Shown piece after piece: positions 8,282 through 15,616 of a stretch of 64,000 nt of DNA (position 1 is the stretch's first letter; the number at the start of each line of letters is the position of its first letter). A program made the translations under genes and the position numbers. Location of the stretch: assembly GCA_041674405.1 (NCBI GenBank), contig JBAYVT010000004.1:74599-138598 (forward strand), in the 5' to 3' direction. Source of the stretch: Patescibacteria group bacterium. GTDB taxonomy: Bacteria > Patescibacteriota > UBA1384 > XYA2-FULL-43-10. The notes beneath the pieces are model-generated. The model saw nothing but the letters and a program-made list of their open reading frames with translations. It did not search any database and was not told the origin of the DNA.

Positions 8282-9194
8282 ATCTTCGGATTTTTTCCGC
8301 AATTTTAAATAATTGGTATTCGAATGGTTTATAAACCTTGTCGTAACTGCCCATAATTTTAACTTCATCTCCACCGAACTGCTTTTTGAATCTGGTAACT
8401 CCTGCCCATAAGTGGCGCGGGTTGTCATCCGGCGCAATTCCGAAGAAGTCGTATATTTTGCAGCCGCGGCTTATGGCATTTTGAATCATTTCCCATTGTA
8501 ATTTGTATGGCGCCATTAGGTTCTTGAATTCGTCACTTGAGGCACCAAAAAGATAGATTGCTGAGCCCTGATAAATGCTGCAGATTGCCGCTGCTAAGAC
8601 GACTTCCTCACCTTCAATTTCGGCATAAGCTTCGAACAACTCACAATATCCCTTGGGTTCAAGAAAGTCAAGCAACTTCTGAAAATATTCCTCACCTCTA
8701 AATGTAATTCCATGTCTCTTGCCTGTCTTCTCGTAGAGCTTGTAAAAATTACTGGCATCTCTTGTTTTTCTCACCAGAATATTATTTTTTTCGGCAACCT
8801 TGATGTTATAGCGGCCTTTCTGTTTCATCTCACCAAGAAGGTCATCATTCGATTTGGAGAGGTCAAGAACTAGGGTGTGTTCCGGCTGCATCTCCTCGAA
8901 AGATTTAATTAGTCCATAGTCTGTAGTCTGTAGTTCATAGTCTGTGGGGATATCGAATTCAATCCGGTAGAAAATTGCATTTTCCTCTTTTGCTATTTGA
9001 AAGGTTTGGTTCCAGTAGCTTTGGTTTTTGACATTTGAAATTTGATCTTGACTCGCCATCGGCGAGTATAACATCGACCTTCCCATTGGCAGGTCTTTTT
9101 TGAGCACCAAAATATCCTCGACGCGAAAGGATTTCGAATAGCCTGTAGCGAGTTTAAATTTCTCCCATTCGGGAGATTGAAATATAGAACTCAT
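8280..9194 (-). CDS. FemAB-family peptidoglycan interpeptide-bridge aminoacyltransferase (FemX-like).
   Basis: The N-terminus ...FQSPEWEKFKLATGY... matches the FemAB SWEWAEFK block. The length is right. It sits next to murE. It carries the in-frame insert PTDYELQTTDYGLIKS from a reverse-orientation (GACTACR)n repeat at 8911-8948. Confidence 0.65.
   Translation of the reverse strand: MSSIFQSPEWEKFKLATGYSKSFRVEDILVLKKDLPMGRSMLYSPMASQDQISNVKNQSYWNQTFQIAKEENAIFYRIEFDIPTDYELQTTDYGLIKSFEEMQPEHTLVLDLSKSNDDLLGEMKQKGRYNIKVAEKNNILVRKTRDASNFYKLYEKTGKRHGITFRGEEYFQKLLDFLEPKGYCELFEAYAEIEGEEVVLAAAICSIYQGSAIYLFGASSDEFKNLMAPYKLQWEMIQNAISRGCKIYDFFGIAPDDNPRHLWAGVTRFKKQFGGDEVKIMGSYDKVYKPFEYQLFKIAEKIRR
8911..8948. 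repeat. (GACTACR)n heptamer repeat, reverse orientation, in frame within the FemAB-like gene.
   Basis: agtccatagtctgtagtctgtagttcatagtctgtgg. Confidence 0.8.
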
Positions 9195-9207
9195 TACCTA
9201 AATATTA

Positions 9208-9546
9208 TCACTCTTGCCTCTTGCTGCCAATAAAAAAGAGGGCCTCCTGACCCGGTGGGACTGGGTCGGAGGCGGTGCGGGTTGCGGCTATCCTGAGAGA
9301 ATATCGCATCCCCGGGGAGGCTCCTTGCGATGGCCATGGATTGCCTTCATTGCCGTCAGGCGGTAGCTCTGTCCATGTATCTTCGACATCGCTTCGTGGT
9401 GACGGATGCGCCACATAACGCGCTCCGTCATACCTGGCTTGGGTAAATCGGAATGGGCTCCGACCACCAAACCAAGCGTACATCCCAATCTCTGATTTGC
9501 TGTCTTTATCATGTCCACCACTCCTCCAGAAGTTCTGTGATTCCAA
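9208..9546 (-). CDS. Hypothetical protein (112 aa) in GC-rich cassette B.
   Basis: Open frame in a GC-rich block. I recognise no motifs. Confidence 0.3.
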   Translation of the reverse strand: MESQNFWRSGGHDKDSKSEIGMYAWFGGRSPFRFTQARYDGARYVAHPSPRSDVEDTWTELPPDGNEGNPWPSQGASPGMRYSLRIAATRTASDPVPPGQEALFFIGSKRQE

Positions 9547-9597
9547 GCTAGTGTAAAATTACTATAATGTCAAGCTCTGCATTAGATAATTTGGCAT

Positions 9598-9635
9598 ATA
9601 AAAAATTAAGCCCCCACCTAGCGTGTAGGTGGGGG
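9598..9635 (-). terminator. Rho-independent terminator on the minus strand.
   Basis: 10-bp stem cccccaccta / taggtggggg with loop gcgtg, preceded on the plus strand by aaaaaattaa (a U-tract on the minus strand). Confidence 0.6.
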
Positions 9636-9815
9636 TGCGACTTGCGGGACCATCTCGATGCTGTTGCGCGGCACTTCGTGCCGTCTCAGTGTACCGCCAT
9701 CGAGAGCGGCGCGGACGACAGCTTTGCCGCCTTTGTATTCGATGAGAGTACCACCAGTGTACTTGCCGTCTTTCTGCCTGATTCTCACGCGCGCGTTGAT
9801 GGGCATGCCTTTCAC
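9618..9815 (-). CDS. Small hypothetical protein (65 aa) in GC-rich cassette B. It might be a DUF2945/TUDOR-like small beta protein; that is a guess.
   Basis: MKGMPINARVRIRQKDGKYTGGTLIEYKGGKAVVRAALDGG... Its stop codon lies inside the terminator hairpin. Confidence 0.35.
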   Translation of the reverse strand: MKGMPINARVRIRQKDGKYTGGTLIEYKGGKAVVRAALDGGTLRRHEVPRNSIEMVPQVAPPPTR

Positions 9816-9898
9816 CTCGTGGCAGTATTTCAGTCCAACTCATTGTTAATATATCAAAAAAATATGCAGAGTAAACAGCAACACCGCAGGCGTGTTGC

Positions 9899-10270
9899 CT
9901 ACGGTGCGCGGTCGCTTCGAGGCGAAGTTGCCCAGTCTACACAGCCCAGGAGGCCTGCGTGGACGAGCGGGCGAATAGCCCCTGCCAACTTGGTCGTCGT
10001 CATCGGGTCGCGTGGAATTCCATCCCAGGAAATGATGGTTCCGTTTCTGAAGTAGCGGGGCGTTTCCTTACCATCCCTGTTATAGGTGGTGACTTTGACG
10101 ATCCCGCATGGCTCCAGATTGTAACCGCCATTGCCTGTGATTCTGTCCACATCTGCCAACATGGTTGCGATTAGGCGTCGCTCTTTGGAAGACAGACAGC
10201 TCCTTCGCTTTAGCACCATGAGGTGCAAGGTGATAACCTCCTTCTTCGACAGAATTCCAATCCTCTGCAT
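9899..10270 (-). CDS. Hypothetical protein (123 aa) in GC-rich cassette B.
   Basis: Open frame. LSSKERRLIATMLA faintly resembles a LuxR/sigma region-4 HTH. Confidence 0.3.
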   Translation of the reverse strand: MQRIGILSKKEVITLHLMVLKRRSCLSSKERRLIATMLADVDRITGNGGYNLEPCGIVKVTTYNRDGKETPRYFRNGTIISWDGIPRDPMTTTKLAGAIRPLVHAGLLGCVDWATSPRSDRAP

Positions 10271-10355
10271 TATGGTTTTAGATAATTGATTGAGTCAACC
10301 CAACAATTTTCCGAGTGGTAAAAAGTTTGGTTTTGTGCTAGAATTTTTCAGTTAA

Positions 10356-11570
10356 ATGACAAAGAAAAACCTAAAAATTTTAGCAATCGAAACAAGCTGT
10401 GATGAGACGGCTGCTGCTGTGATTTCTGAAAATCGAAATAAACCAGAAATACTATCGAACATTGTTTCTTCACAAATTGATCTTCATGCTAAGACCGGCG
10501 GAGTAGTGCCGGAAGTTGCATCGAGAGCGCATATGGAGGCGATATTGCCTGTCGTAAGTGAGGCGCTTGTACAGGCAAAACTCAAAAATCCAGAAAAACT
10601 ACGGACTACGGACTACAACCTACAAACTGGTCTGTCGGATATCACCCATATTGCCGTAACTGCTGGGCCAGGGCTGATCGGCTCACTCTTGGTTGGGTTC
10701 AACACGGCAAAATCGCTGGCTTATTCGCTGGATTTGCCAATCATTCCAATCAATCATATAGAAGGACATGTGTACTCCGCATTCGCGGAGCAATTTCCAA
10801 TTCCCAATTTCCAATTTCCAATTCTAGCATTGACTGTGTCTGGCGGCCATAGCTCGTTAACTTTGATGAAAGATCACGGAATCTATGAAAATTTGGGTCA
10901 GACTTTAGATGATGCGGCGGGAGAAGCTTTCGACAAGGTTGCGAAACTTCTCGATCTTGGTTATCCAGGAGGACCGGTGGTTTCTAAACTCGCGGACGAG
11001 TTAAGAAACAAAGTCAAAAATCAAAGATCACCCGTCTCGGCCGAGGCACGATCCGAGGTCGGAAAGATCAAAAATAATAAAGAAAAAAATAGCAATTTAA
11101 CAATGAAACAATTTAACAACGAGATTGTATTTCCCCGTCCGATTCTGAATGACGGCACATTCAATTTCTCATTTTCCGGATTAAAAACCGCGGTTTTGAC
11201 GGAGGTGGTCAAACTAAGGACTAAGGACTACGAACTACCGACTAGTGAAATCTGTGCGGCATTTGAAGATTCGCTTACCGATGTGCTTACGACAAAAACA
11301 ATGAGAGCGATTGATAAATTCAAACCAAAAGGTTTGATTCTTGCCGGAGGAGTAGCGGCCAACAGCTATCTGCAAGCCGAACTTCAACGGAAGGTTAATG
11401 AATACAATCAGACTTTAAAGAAAAGAGATCAGATTAATTTTTATATGCCTCCGCGGGATATGACAGGTGACAATGCGGCGATGATCGGTCTTGCAGCTTA
11501 CTATCATATATCGAGGGGAGATGTAAAAGGGTGGGACGAGATCGAAGTCGATTCAAATTTTAAGCTCTAA
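10356..11570 (+). CDS. tsaD: tRNA N6-adenosine threonylcarbamoyltransferase TsaD (Kae1/YgjD) carrying three in-frame low-complexity inserts.
   Basis: ILAIETSCDETAAAVI..., metal-binding His motifs (HIEGH), and C-terminal GGVAANSYL. At 404 aa it is longer than typical (about 340) because of the inserts KLRTTDYNLQTG, FPIPNFQFPIL and KLRTKDYELPTS. Confidence 0.85.
   Translation: MTKKNLKILAIETSCDETAAAVISENRNKPEILSNIVSSQIDLHAKTGGVVPEVASRAHMEAILPVVSEALVQAKLKNPEKLRTTDYNLQTGLSDITHIAVTAGPGLIGSLLVGFNTAKSLAYSLDLPIIPINHIEGHVYSAFAEQFPIPNFQFPILALTVSGGHSSLTLMKDHGIYENLGQTLDDAAGEAFDKVAKLLDLGYPGGPVVSKLADELRNKVKNQRSPVSAEARSEVGKIKNNKEKNSNLTMKQFNNEIVFPRPILNDGTFNFSFSGLKTAVLTEVVKLRTKDYELPTSEICAAFEDSLTDVLTTKTMRAIDKFKPKGLILAGGVAANSYLQAELQRKVNEYNQTLKKRDQINFYMPPRDMTGDNAAMIGLAAYYHISRGDVKGWDEIEVDSNFKL
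10598..10627. repeat. (GACTACR)n heptamer repeat, in frame in tsaD (first copy).
   Basis: aactacggactacggactacaacctacaaact. Confidence 0.8.
10791..10824. repeat. (TTCCAAT)n heptamer repeat, in frame in tsaD, encoding FPIPNFQFPIL.
   Basis: caatttccaattcccaatttccaatttccaattc. Confidence 0.8.
11211..11245. repeat. (GACTAMG)n heptamer repeat, in frame in tsaD (second copy).
   Basis: aaactaaggactaaggactacgaactaccgactag. Confidence 0.8.
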
Positions 11571-11578
11571 AACGGCGA

Positions 11579-11618
11579 ACGCCACCCCGATGTTCTGGGG
11601 TGGCGCGCTTTGTTCTTG
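11579..11618 (+). terminator. GC-rich hairpin terminator between tsaD and the convergent GC-rich gene. It may work in both directions.
   Basis: Stem gccacccc / ggggtggc with loop gatgttct, followed by gcgctttgttctt. Confidence 0.5.
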
Positions 11619-11631
11619 GTGGTGGCCGCTA

Positions 11632-12147
11632 CTAGGCGACCAACCGCAGGGTCGTGTCGAAGCCGGAAAGCCAGGTCGCGACCTGGTCGTAGGCCTCTCT
11701 GGCCCCGTTGTCGAAGTCCTCAGGCCGCAGGATCTGGTCGCTGGGGACCATTATCCGCGACTGCAGCTCCGCTTCCGGAACGCCGGTTGCCCGCTCTGTG
11801 GCCTCGAAGGGCGCTCCTGCTAGGAAGTCCTCGATGGTTAACGGGCCGCCGGAAGTGACATCCCCGAACTGCTTGGATGAGATGACCACATAGCCGCCAG
11901 TGGCGAGCGTGGCCATCATGTCGATGTGGGTCCGAGCAACGTTCCTCTCGGTGACGTAGTAGAGCTCGGCGACGCGGACGTCGCGGGCCATCACAAAGTT
12001 GGGAATGTTCCCCGGAACATGGCGCGGCGCCAGGCGGACCGGAGTGAACGGCGCGTCCTCAAGTGCCTTTGCGAGAAGGCGCCCATGGCCGGGGTTGCCG
12101 GCCACGATGAGCAATGTGGCTTGGTTTATCACAAGCATTACCTCCAT
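11632..12147 (-). CDS. Hypothetical protein (171 aa) in GC-rich cassette C, possibly a Rossmann-like or CoA-binding fold (weak call).
   Basis: MLVINQATLLIVAGNPGHGRLL... The sequence looks protein-like and third codon positions are GC-rich. Confidence 0.4.
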   Translation of the reverse strand: MEVMLVINQATLLIVAGNPGHGRLLAKALEDAPFTPVRLAPRHVPGNIPNFVMARDVRVAELYYVTERNVARTHIDMMATLATGGYVVISSKQFGDVTSGGPLTIEDFLAGAPFEATERATGVPEAELQSRIMVPSDQILRPEDFDNGAREAYDQVATWLSGFDTTLRLVA

Positions 12148-12299
12148 GGGTTTGTTCCGTCCTGCTCGAGCATTTTATATCATAAAATAAACAAATTGTC
12201 AATCGTAAATACGAATAATTGTTCATCTGGTGCGTTTTTATTGGATTCAGCCTCTTTTTGTGTTATTCTTAAGCACGAAACTGGTTAATTTCGGAAGTT

Positions 12300-14549
12300 A
12301 TGTCAAAAGAATTCGCCAAAACCTGGGACTCGAAGAAGTTTGAAGAGGATTTATACCAAAACTGGGAAAAATCCGGCTATTTCAAGCCTGAATTGAACAT
12401 GCCCGAAAATCCAAAATATGATCGGGCGCTCGAAGGCAAACCATTCGTCATCCCAATTCCGCCGCCGAATGTCACCGGCAAGCTTCACATCGGCCATTCG
12501 TTATTCATCACAATTCAGGATGTCATGATCCGCTTCCATCGCATGCTTGGCGAGCCCACGCTTTGGATCCCCGGCACCGATCACGCCGGTATCGCTACGC
12601 AGACGGTCGTGGACAAAGCCTTACAAAAAAAGGGAATTAAGCGCCACGAAATTGGCCGTGAGAAATTTGTCGAAGAAGTTTGGAAGTGGAAAGAAGAATA
12701 CGGCGGTATTATCACCTCACAACTCAAACGAATGGGTGCTTCCTGCGACTGGTCGCGCGAGCGTTTTACCCTCGACGAAGGTTTATCCAAAGCTGTGAAA
12801 GAGGCATTTGTCCACCTATACGAGAAGGGATTGATCTACCGCGGCGAATATATCGTCAATTGGTGCCCGAAATGCGGCACGGCGATCGCGGATGACGAGA
12901 TGGAGCACGAAGAACAAACCGCAAAATTGTACTATTTCAAATACGACAAAAACTTTCCGATCACCATAGCAACTACCCGGCCAGAAACCAAACTTGGAGA
13001 TACGGCTGTGGCGGTCAATCCAACCGACAAGCGTTATGAGCAGTACATTGGCAAAGAATTCGATGTTGATATCGATGGCGTTAAGCGCAAGATCAAAATT
13101 GTTGCCGATCGCTCTATTGATATGAAATTCGGTACCGGCGCAGTCGGAATTACGCCTGCACACTCGGCTATCGACTGGAAAATCGGTGAAGTTAATGATC
13201 TTCCGATTGTCAAAGTCATCGACGAACGAGCAAAAATGACCGCCGAGGCCGGCAAATACGAGGGAATGAAGGTGCTCGAAGCCCGAGAAAAACTAGTTGA
13301 ATATCTGAAAGGCGAAACACTCCTGGAAAAAGAGGAGCCGATCACAAATAATTTGAGCGTCTGCTACCGCTGCAACACGGCTATAGAGCCGATTCCGTCT
13401 CTACAGTGGTTTGTGAGTATGCGCCCACTGGCAGAAAAAGCTAAAGCGGCCGTAACCTCCGGCGCTATCAAAATTATCCCGAAAAGATTTGAGAAGAATT
13501 ACAATCAGTGGATGGACAATATCCGCGACTGGTGCATCTCCCGCCAGCTTTGGTGGGGACACAGAATCCCGGTTTGGTATCGCAAACAGGAAAATCTCAA
13601 ACCTCAAACCTCAAATCTCAAACCCGAAGACATCTATGTCGGAAAAGAACCGCCAGCTGATATTGAGAGTTGGATTCAAGACGAAGATGTGCTCGATACC
13701 TGGTTTTCCTCGGCGCTTTGGCCGTTTTCTTCACTTGGTTGGCCAGAGAAAACCAAAGATCTGCAGTATTTCTATCCGGCAACCGTTCTCGAAACCGGAT
13801 ATGACATTCTCTTTTTCTGGGTCGCCCGAATGGTAATGATGGGACTTGAGCTTACTGATTCGATTCCATTTGAGAATATTTACCTCCACGGCTTGGTTCG
13901 CGATGAGAAAAATAGAAAGATGTCCAAGTCTCTCGGCAATGCGCTCGATCCGCTCGATATGATCGATAAATACGGCACAGATGCTGTCCGGATGGGTCTT
14001 GTGGTCGGCACTACCCCCGGGCTTGATATTCCTGTGGGTGAGCACAAGCTTAAGAATTATCGCAATTTCTCGAACAAAATCTGGAATGCCTCGCGCTTCG
14101 TTTCTCTTCGAGTTTCCGAAGGTGATCTGGCCTCGGGAGAAATTGGAGATGAGAAAATCGAGAACTTAAATATCGACCAATCAATTTTAACCGACGCCGA
14201 CAAAAAAATTCTCGAAGCACACGAGGAAATCAAAAAGCGCGTGACAAAAGACCTCAAGGAGTTCAAATTCTCTGGCGCCGGCGAAGGGCTATATGAGTAT
14301 TTCTGGCACAATTTCTGCGATATCTACATAGAAGCTGCTAAAGGGCAGCTCCAAACTGAAGAACCGAAGAACCGAAGAACCGAAGAACATTCAGAAAACA
14401 CAAAAAAAATCCTGCTCAAAGTTCTGTCTGAATCTTTACAGATGCTGCATCCGTTCGTTCCTTATGTCACCGAAGCTGTCTGGCAGGAACTACGCGAAAT
14501 TTATCCAAAACTTTCCGAATCGATCATGATCTCCAAGTGGCCTATGTAA
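12300..14549 (+). CDS. valS: Valine--tRNA ligase (ValRS), a short form lacking the C-terminal coiled-coil, carrying two in-frame repeat inserts.
   Basis: Class I HIGH region PPPNVTGKLHIGHS, the KMSKS motif KMSKSLGN, a CP1 editing domain and zinc-knuckle cysteines. The inserts are ENLKPQTSNLKPED and EEPKNRRTEEH. Confidence 0.8.
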   Translation: MSKEFAKTWDSKKFEEDLYQNWEKSGYFKPELNMPENPKYDRALEGKPFVIPIPPPNVTGKLHIGHSLFITIQDVMIRFHRMLGEPTLWIPGTDHAGIATQTVVDKALQKKGIKRHEIGREKFVEEVWKWKEEYGGIITSQLKRMGASCDWSRERFTLDEGLSKAVKEAFVHLYEKGLIYRGEYIVNWCPKCGTAIADDEMEHEEQTAKLYYFKYDKNFPITIATTRPETKLGDTAVAVNPTDKRYEQYIGKEFDVDIDGVKRKIKIVADRSIDMKFGTGAVGITPAHSAIDWKIGEVNDLPIVKVIDERAKMTAEAGKYEGMKVLEAREKLVEYLKGETLLEKEEPITNNLSVCYRCNTAIEPIPSLQWFVSMRPLAEKAKAAVTSGAIKIIPKRFEKNYNQWMDNIRDWCISRQLWWGHRIPVWYRKQENLKPQTSNLKPEDIYVGKEPPADIESWIQDEDVLDTWFSSALWPFSSLGWPEKTKDLQYFYPATVLETGYDILFFWVARMVMMGLELTDSIPFENIYLHGLVRDEKNRKMSKSLGNALDPLDMIDKYGTDAVRMGLVVGTTPGLDIPVGEHKLKNYRNFSNKIWNASRFVSLRVSEGDLASGEIGDEKIENLNIDQSILTDADKKILEAHEEIKKRVTKDLKEFKFSGAGEGLYEYFWHNFCDIYIEAAKGQLQTEEPKNRRTEEHSENTKKILLKVLSESLQMLHPFVPYVTEAVWQELREIYPKLSESIMISKWPM
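13592..13625. repeat. Heptamer repeat (ACCTCAA-like), in frame in valS.
   Basis: aatctcaaacctcaaacctcaaatctcaaaccc. Confidence 0.8.
14358..14388. repeat. Octamer repeat (GAAGAACC) x about 3.5, in frame in valS.
   Basis: gaagaaccgaagaaccgaagaaccgaagaac. Its reverse complement also occurs in the intergenic repeat block at 6151-6187. Confidence 0.8.
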
Positions 14550-14590
14550 CATATGTTGCATTGACAAATTAATGTAACATATGTTACAAT
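14545..14590 (+). promoter_or_regulatory. Promoter (TTGACA, 17-18 nt spacer, TACAAT) sandwiched between and overlapped by two palindromic operator sites (TGTAACATATGTTrCA). This is the likely autoregulation site of the HTH-Doc operon.
   Basis: Palindrome 1 at 14545-14560 (15 of 16 bases symmetric; it overlaps the valS stop). Palindrome 2 at 14573-14588 is a perfect 16-bp palindrome and overlaps the -10 element. The centres are 28 bp apart. The -35 element TTGACA is at 14561-14566. Confidence 0.6.
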
Positions 14591-14599
14591 AAAATCGAA

Positions 14600-14851
14600 A
14601 TGCAACACGATTATGTTTCGACAATTGAAGCGGCAAAAATCACAGGTTTGAACAGAACCCAGATTTTTCGCTTGATCAAGGTGGGCAAACTCCCAGCCGC
14701 TCGTATTGGGCGCAATTATATCATCAAAAAAGATGATCTCGGAATTTTGACTGCAGAAATTACGCCAAAAGAGAAGAAAAACATCGAACACTCGGTAGAT
14801 AAGGTTTTTGAAGAGTATGGCGATGTGCTTAAAAAACTGGGGGAGGAATGA
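14600..14851 (+). CDS. Excisionase/MerR-family HTH DNA-binding protein, the putative antitoxin of the Doc toxin.
   Basis: ISTIEAAKITGLNRTQIFRLIKVGKLPAARIGRNYIIKKDDL matches the excisionase-family HTH pattern. Its stop overlaps the doc start as ATGA at 14848-14851. Confidence 0.65.
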   Translation: MQHDYVSTIEAAKITGLNRTQIFRLIKVGKLPAARIGRNYIIKKDDLGILTAEITPKEKKNIEHSVDKVFEEYGDVLKKLGEE

Positions 14852-15267
14852 TATTCCCAATCTCATTAAACGAGGTTGAGCTTATTTCTCACCGAATGGC
14901 AAAAGAAATGCTTCGCTGGAATGAACCAATTCCTGATTTCTCCACCCGCTATCCCAATGTGCTTGAATCTTGCCTATCTACACCATTTCAAACCTATAAT
15001 AAGCGAAATCTTTACCGCGGCCTTGTGCCACAAGCTGCAGCTTTGTTTTATCTGATGATTAAAAACCACCCGTTTCAGAATGGGAATAAAAGGGTGGCGA
15101 TCACGACTTTGTTCGTATTTTTATCGAAAAATGGCAAATGGATCCGCGTCGATTCGCAAGAACTATACAATCTCGCTGTCTGGGTAGCCGGCTCTCCGCC
15201 TGCTTTTCGTGAAGAAGTAGTTGCCGCAATTGAAAAATTCCTTAAGAAAAATATTGTTGATAAATAG
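14848..15267 (+). CDS. doc: Doc (death-on-curing) / Fic-family toxin.
   Basis: NHPFQNGNKRVAITTLFVF matches the Doc signature HxFx(D/N)GNKR. At 139 aa the size is right. Confidence 0.75.
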   Translation: MIFPISLNEVELISHRMAKEMLRWNEPIPDFSTRYPNVLESCLSTPFQTYNKRNLYRGLVPQAAALFYLMIKNHPFQNGNKRVAITTLFVFLSKNGKWIRVDSQELYNLAVWVAGSPPAFREEVVAAIEKFLKKNIVDK

Positions 15268-15430
15268 AAATTTCAGTATGTGCAAAAAATGCACATATAG
15301 ATTAGTCAATTCTACAATGGATAATATCTTAGTTATTTCCATTTTGAAAAACACCTGAAATATCAAACGTAAAACTTGACAAAATTTTATCAGCTGTTAA
15401 AGTATGAACAATTTAGTCTCTGGAATTATC

Positions 15431-15505
15431 ATGATTAAGAAAAGCAACAATCAGGTGCGTCGTCATCATTACCCGTTTCTCTCGAGCTGCTTTTTTGTTG
15501 TGTAA
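15431..15505 (+). CDS. Putative 24-codon leader peptide ORF (MIKKSNNQVRRHHYPFLSSCFFVV) overlapping the upstream arm of an antiterminator/terminator pair. Speculative.
   Basis: ATG at 15431 and stop TAA at 15503. Its 3' end covers the segment (15478-15490) that is complementary to the terminator's 5' half. Confidence 0.2.
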   Translation: MIKKSNNQVRRHHYPFLSSCFFVV

Positions 15506-15560
15506 AACTTTATAAAATCTCATAGACATCAAGGTTGGCAGCTCGAGAGAGCTGTTTTTT
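15478..15560 (+). promoter_or_regulatory. Candidate transcription attenuator upstream of the tandem-GNAT gene. A 13-bp long-range helix (15478-15490 with 15538-15550) is mutually exclusive with a terminator hairpin (CAGCTC-GAGA-GAGCTG followed by TTTTTT, 15539-15560).
   Basis: tctctcgagctgc is the exact reverse complement of gcagctcgagaga. The downstream copy doubles as the 5' arm of a 6-bp/GAGA-loop hairpin followed by T6. Confidence 0.4.
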
Positions 15561-15616
15561 CGTACCTTGAAATCTTGTCTGTAATAAAATCAATCTGGAA
15601 AAGGAGATGGTAGAAG

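Noticed and set aside
9541-9575. Plus-strand sigma70-like promoter (TTCCAA-N16-TATAAT) at the edge of GC cassette B
   Set aside because: No plus-strand gene follows; it would read antisense into minus-strand ORFs. It is more likely a chance AT-rich match, or part of the minus-strand promoter/terminator region of the neighbouring genes.
4814-10275. Integron (IntI plus attC cassette array) as an explanation for the GC-rich cassettes with hairpins
   Set aside because: The cassettes are scattered among essential genes across more than 50 kb, not arrayed beside the recombinase. The recombinase lacks the IntI-specific insertion near its C-terminal catalytic region. The hairpins are perfect terminator-like stems with U-tracts, not the long imperfect attC inverted repeats.
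12148-12299. T-box leader upstream of valS
   Set aside because: No T-box consensus (AATTAGGGTGGNACCGCG) or specifier/antiterminator architecture is visible. The region is just an AT-rich promoter spacer.
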